Of a DNA stretch of 64,000 bases, positions 63,775-64,000 are shown piece by piece; position 1 is the stretch's first letter; every line of letters begins with the position of its first letter. The DNA lies in contig SCUM01000002.1 of assembly GCA_004297215.1 (NCBI GenBank), positions 6,270-70,269 on the forward strand, read 5' to 3'. The notes under the pieces were generated by a model. It saw only the letters and a program-made list of their open reading frames with translations, was not told the origin of the DNA and did not search any database. The stretch is from Patescibacteria group bacterium (GTDB lineage Bacteria > Patescibacteriota > Patescibacteriia > UBA9934 > GWF2-40-263). The translations under genes and the position numbers were made by a program.

Positions 63775-63783
63775 ACGGGGACG

Positions 63784-64000
63784 TTAGGCGGCCCTGGCTT
63801 CGGCCTGGGCGGCGGTCTTGGCCGCGAACTTCTCCCCGCGATTCACCCATACCTTGATGCCGATGGTGCCGTAGATGGTATAGGCGGTCTCGCGGGCGAA
63901 ATCGATGTCCGCGCGCAGGTTGTGCAGCGGGATCTTGCCGCTCGCGAGCGTCTCCACGCGGGCGATCTCGGCGCCGTTGAGGCGTCCGCCGATGGTGATC
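63784..64000 (-). CDS. rpsC: 30S ribosomal protein uS3 (3' part; runs off the window)
   Basis: [34 protein letters not shown]. Confidence 0.95.
   Translation of the reverse strand, partial: ITIGGRLNGAEIARVETLASGKIPLHNLRADIDFARETAYTIYGTIGIKVWVNRGEKFAAKTAAQAEARAA

Overview
GC-rich, gene-dense bacterial chromosome segment that looks like Patescibacteria/CPR (Parcubacteria-ABY1, Uhrbacteria-like; inference from the missing uL30, pilin-headed giant Cys-rich proteins and short AspRS/RSH). It carries mostly housekeeping genes: smpB-tmRNA, infC-rpmI-rplT, pyk, ftsA-ftsZ, ybeY-dgkA, rpsU, hisS, lepB, LCP, der, pth, dprA, topA, RelA/SpoT, parAB, scpAB, aspS, asnS, recO, ruvX, map, adk, secY, the distal S10/spc ribosomal protein genes and five tRNAs. 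The most notable signals are: (1) a ~16.5 kb co-oriented cell-surface cluster (12855-29424) with VirB2/TrbC-like pilin heads fused to Ig, IPT and Cys-rich stalks, a GspG/type IV pilin-like C-terminal domain, a VWA-tipped adhesin and three Ca-binding-repeat membrane proteins; (2) several families of short palindromic repeats, some sitting in frame inside essential genes (uL18, AspRS, LCP, a GT4) and one in a duplicated tRNA fragment; (3) an apparently Shine-Dalgarno-independent initiation regime (U at -1, -10 boxes 7-12 nt before ATG, stop-T-ATG junctions, initiator tRNA with A29-U41); (4) a tmRNA with a 25-residue tag; (5) a candidate orphan DGR target gene between dprA and topA. No CRISPR array, rRNA, integrase, transposase or reverse transcriptase was seen. 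All calls are by-eye recognition; no searches were run.
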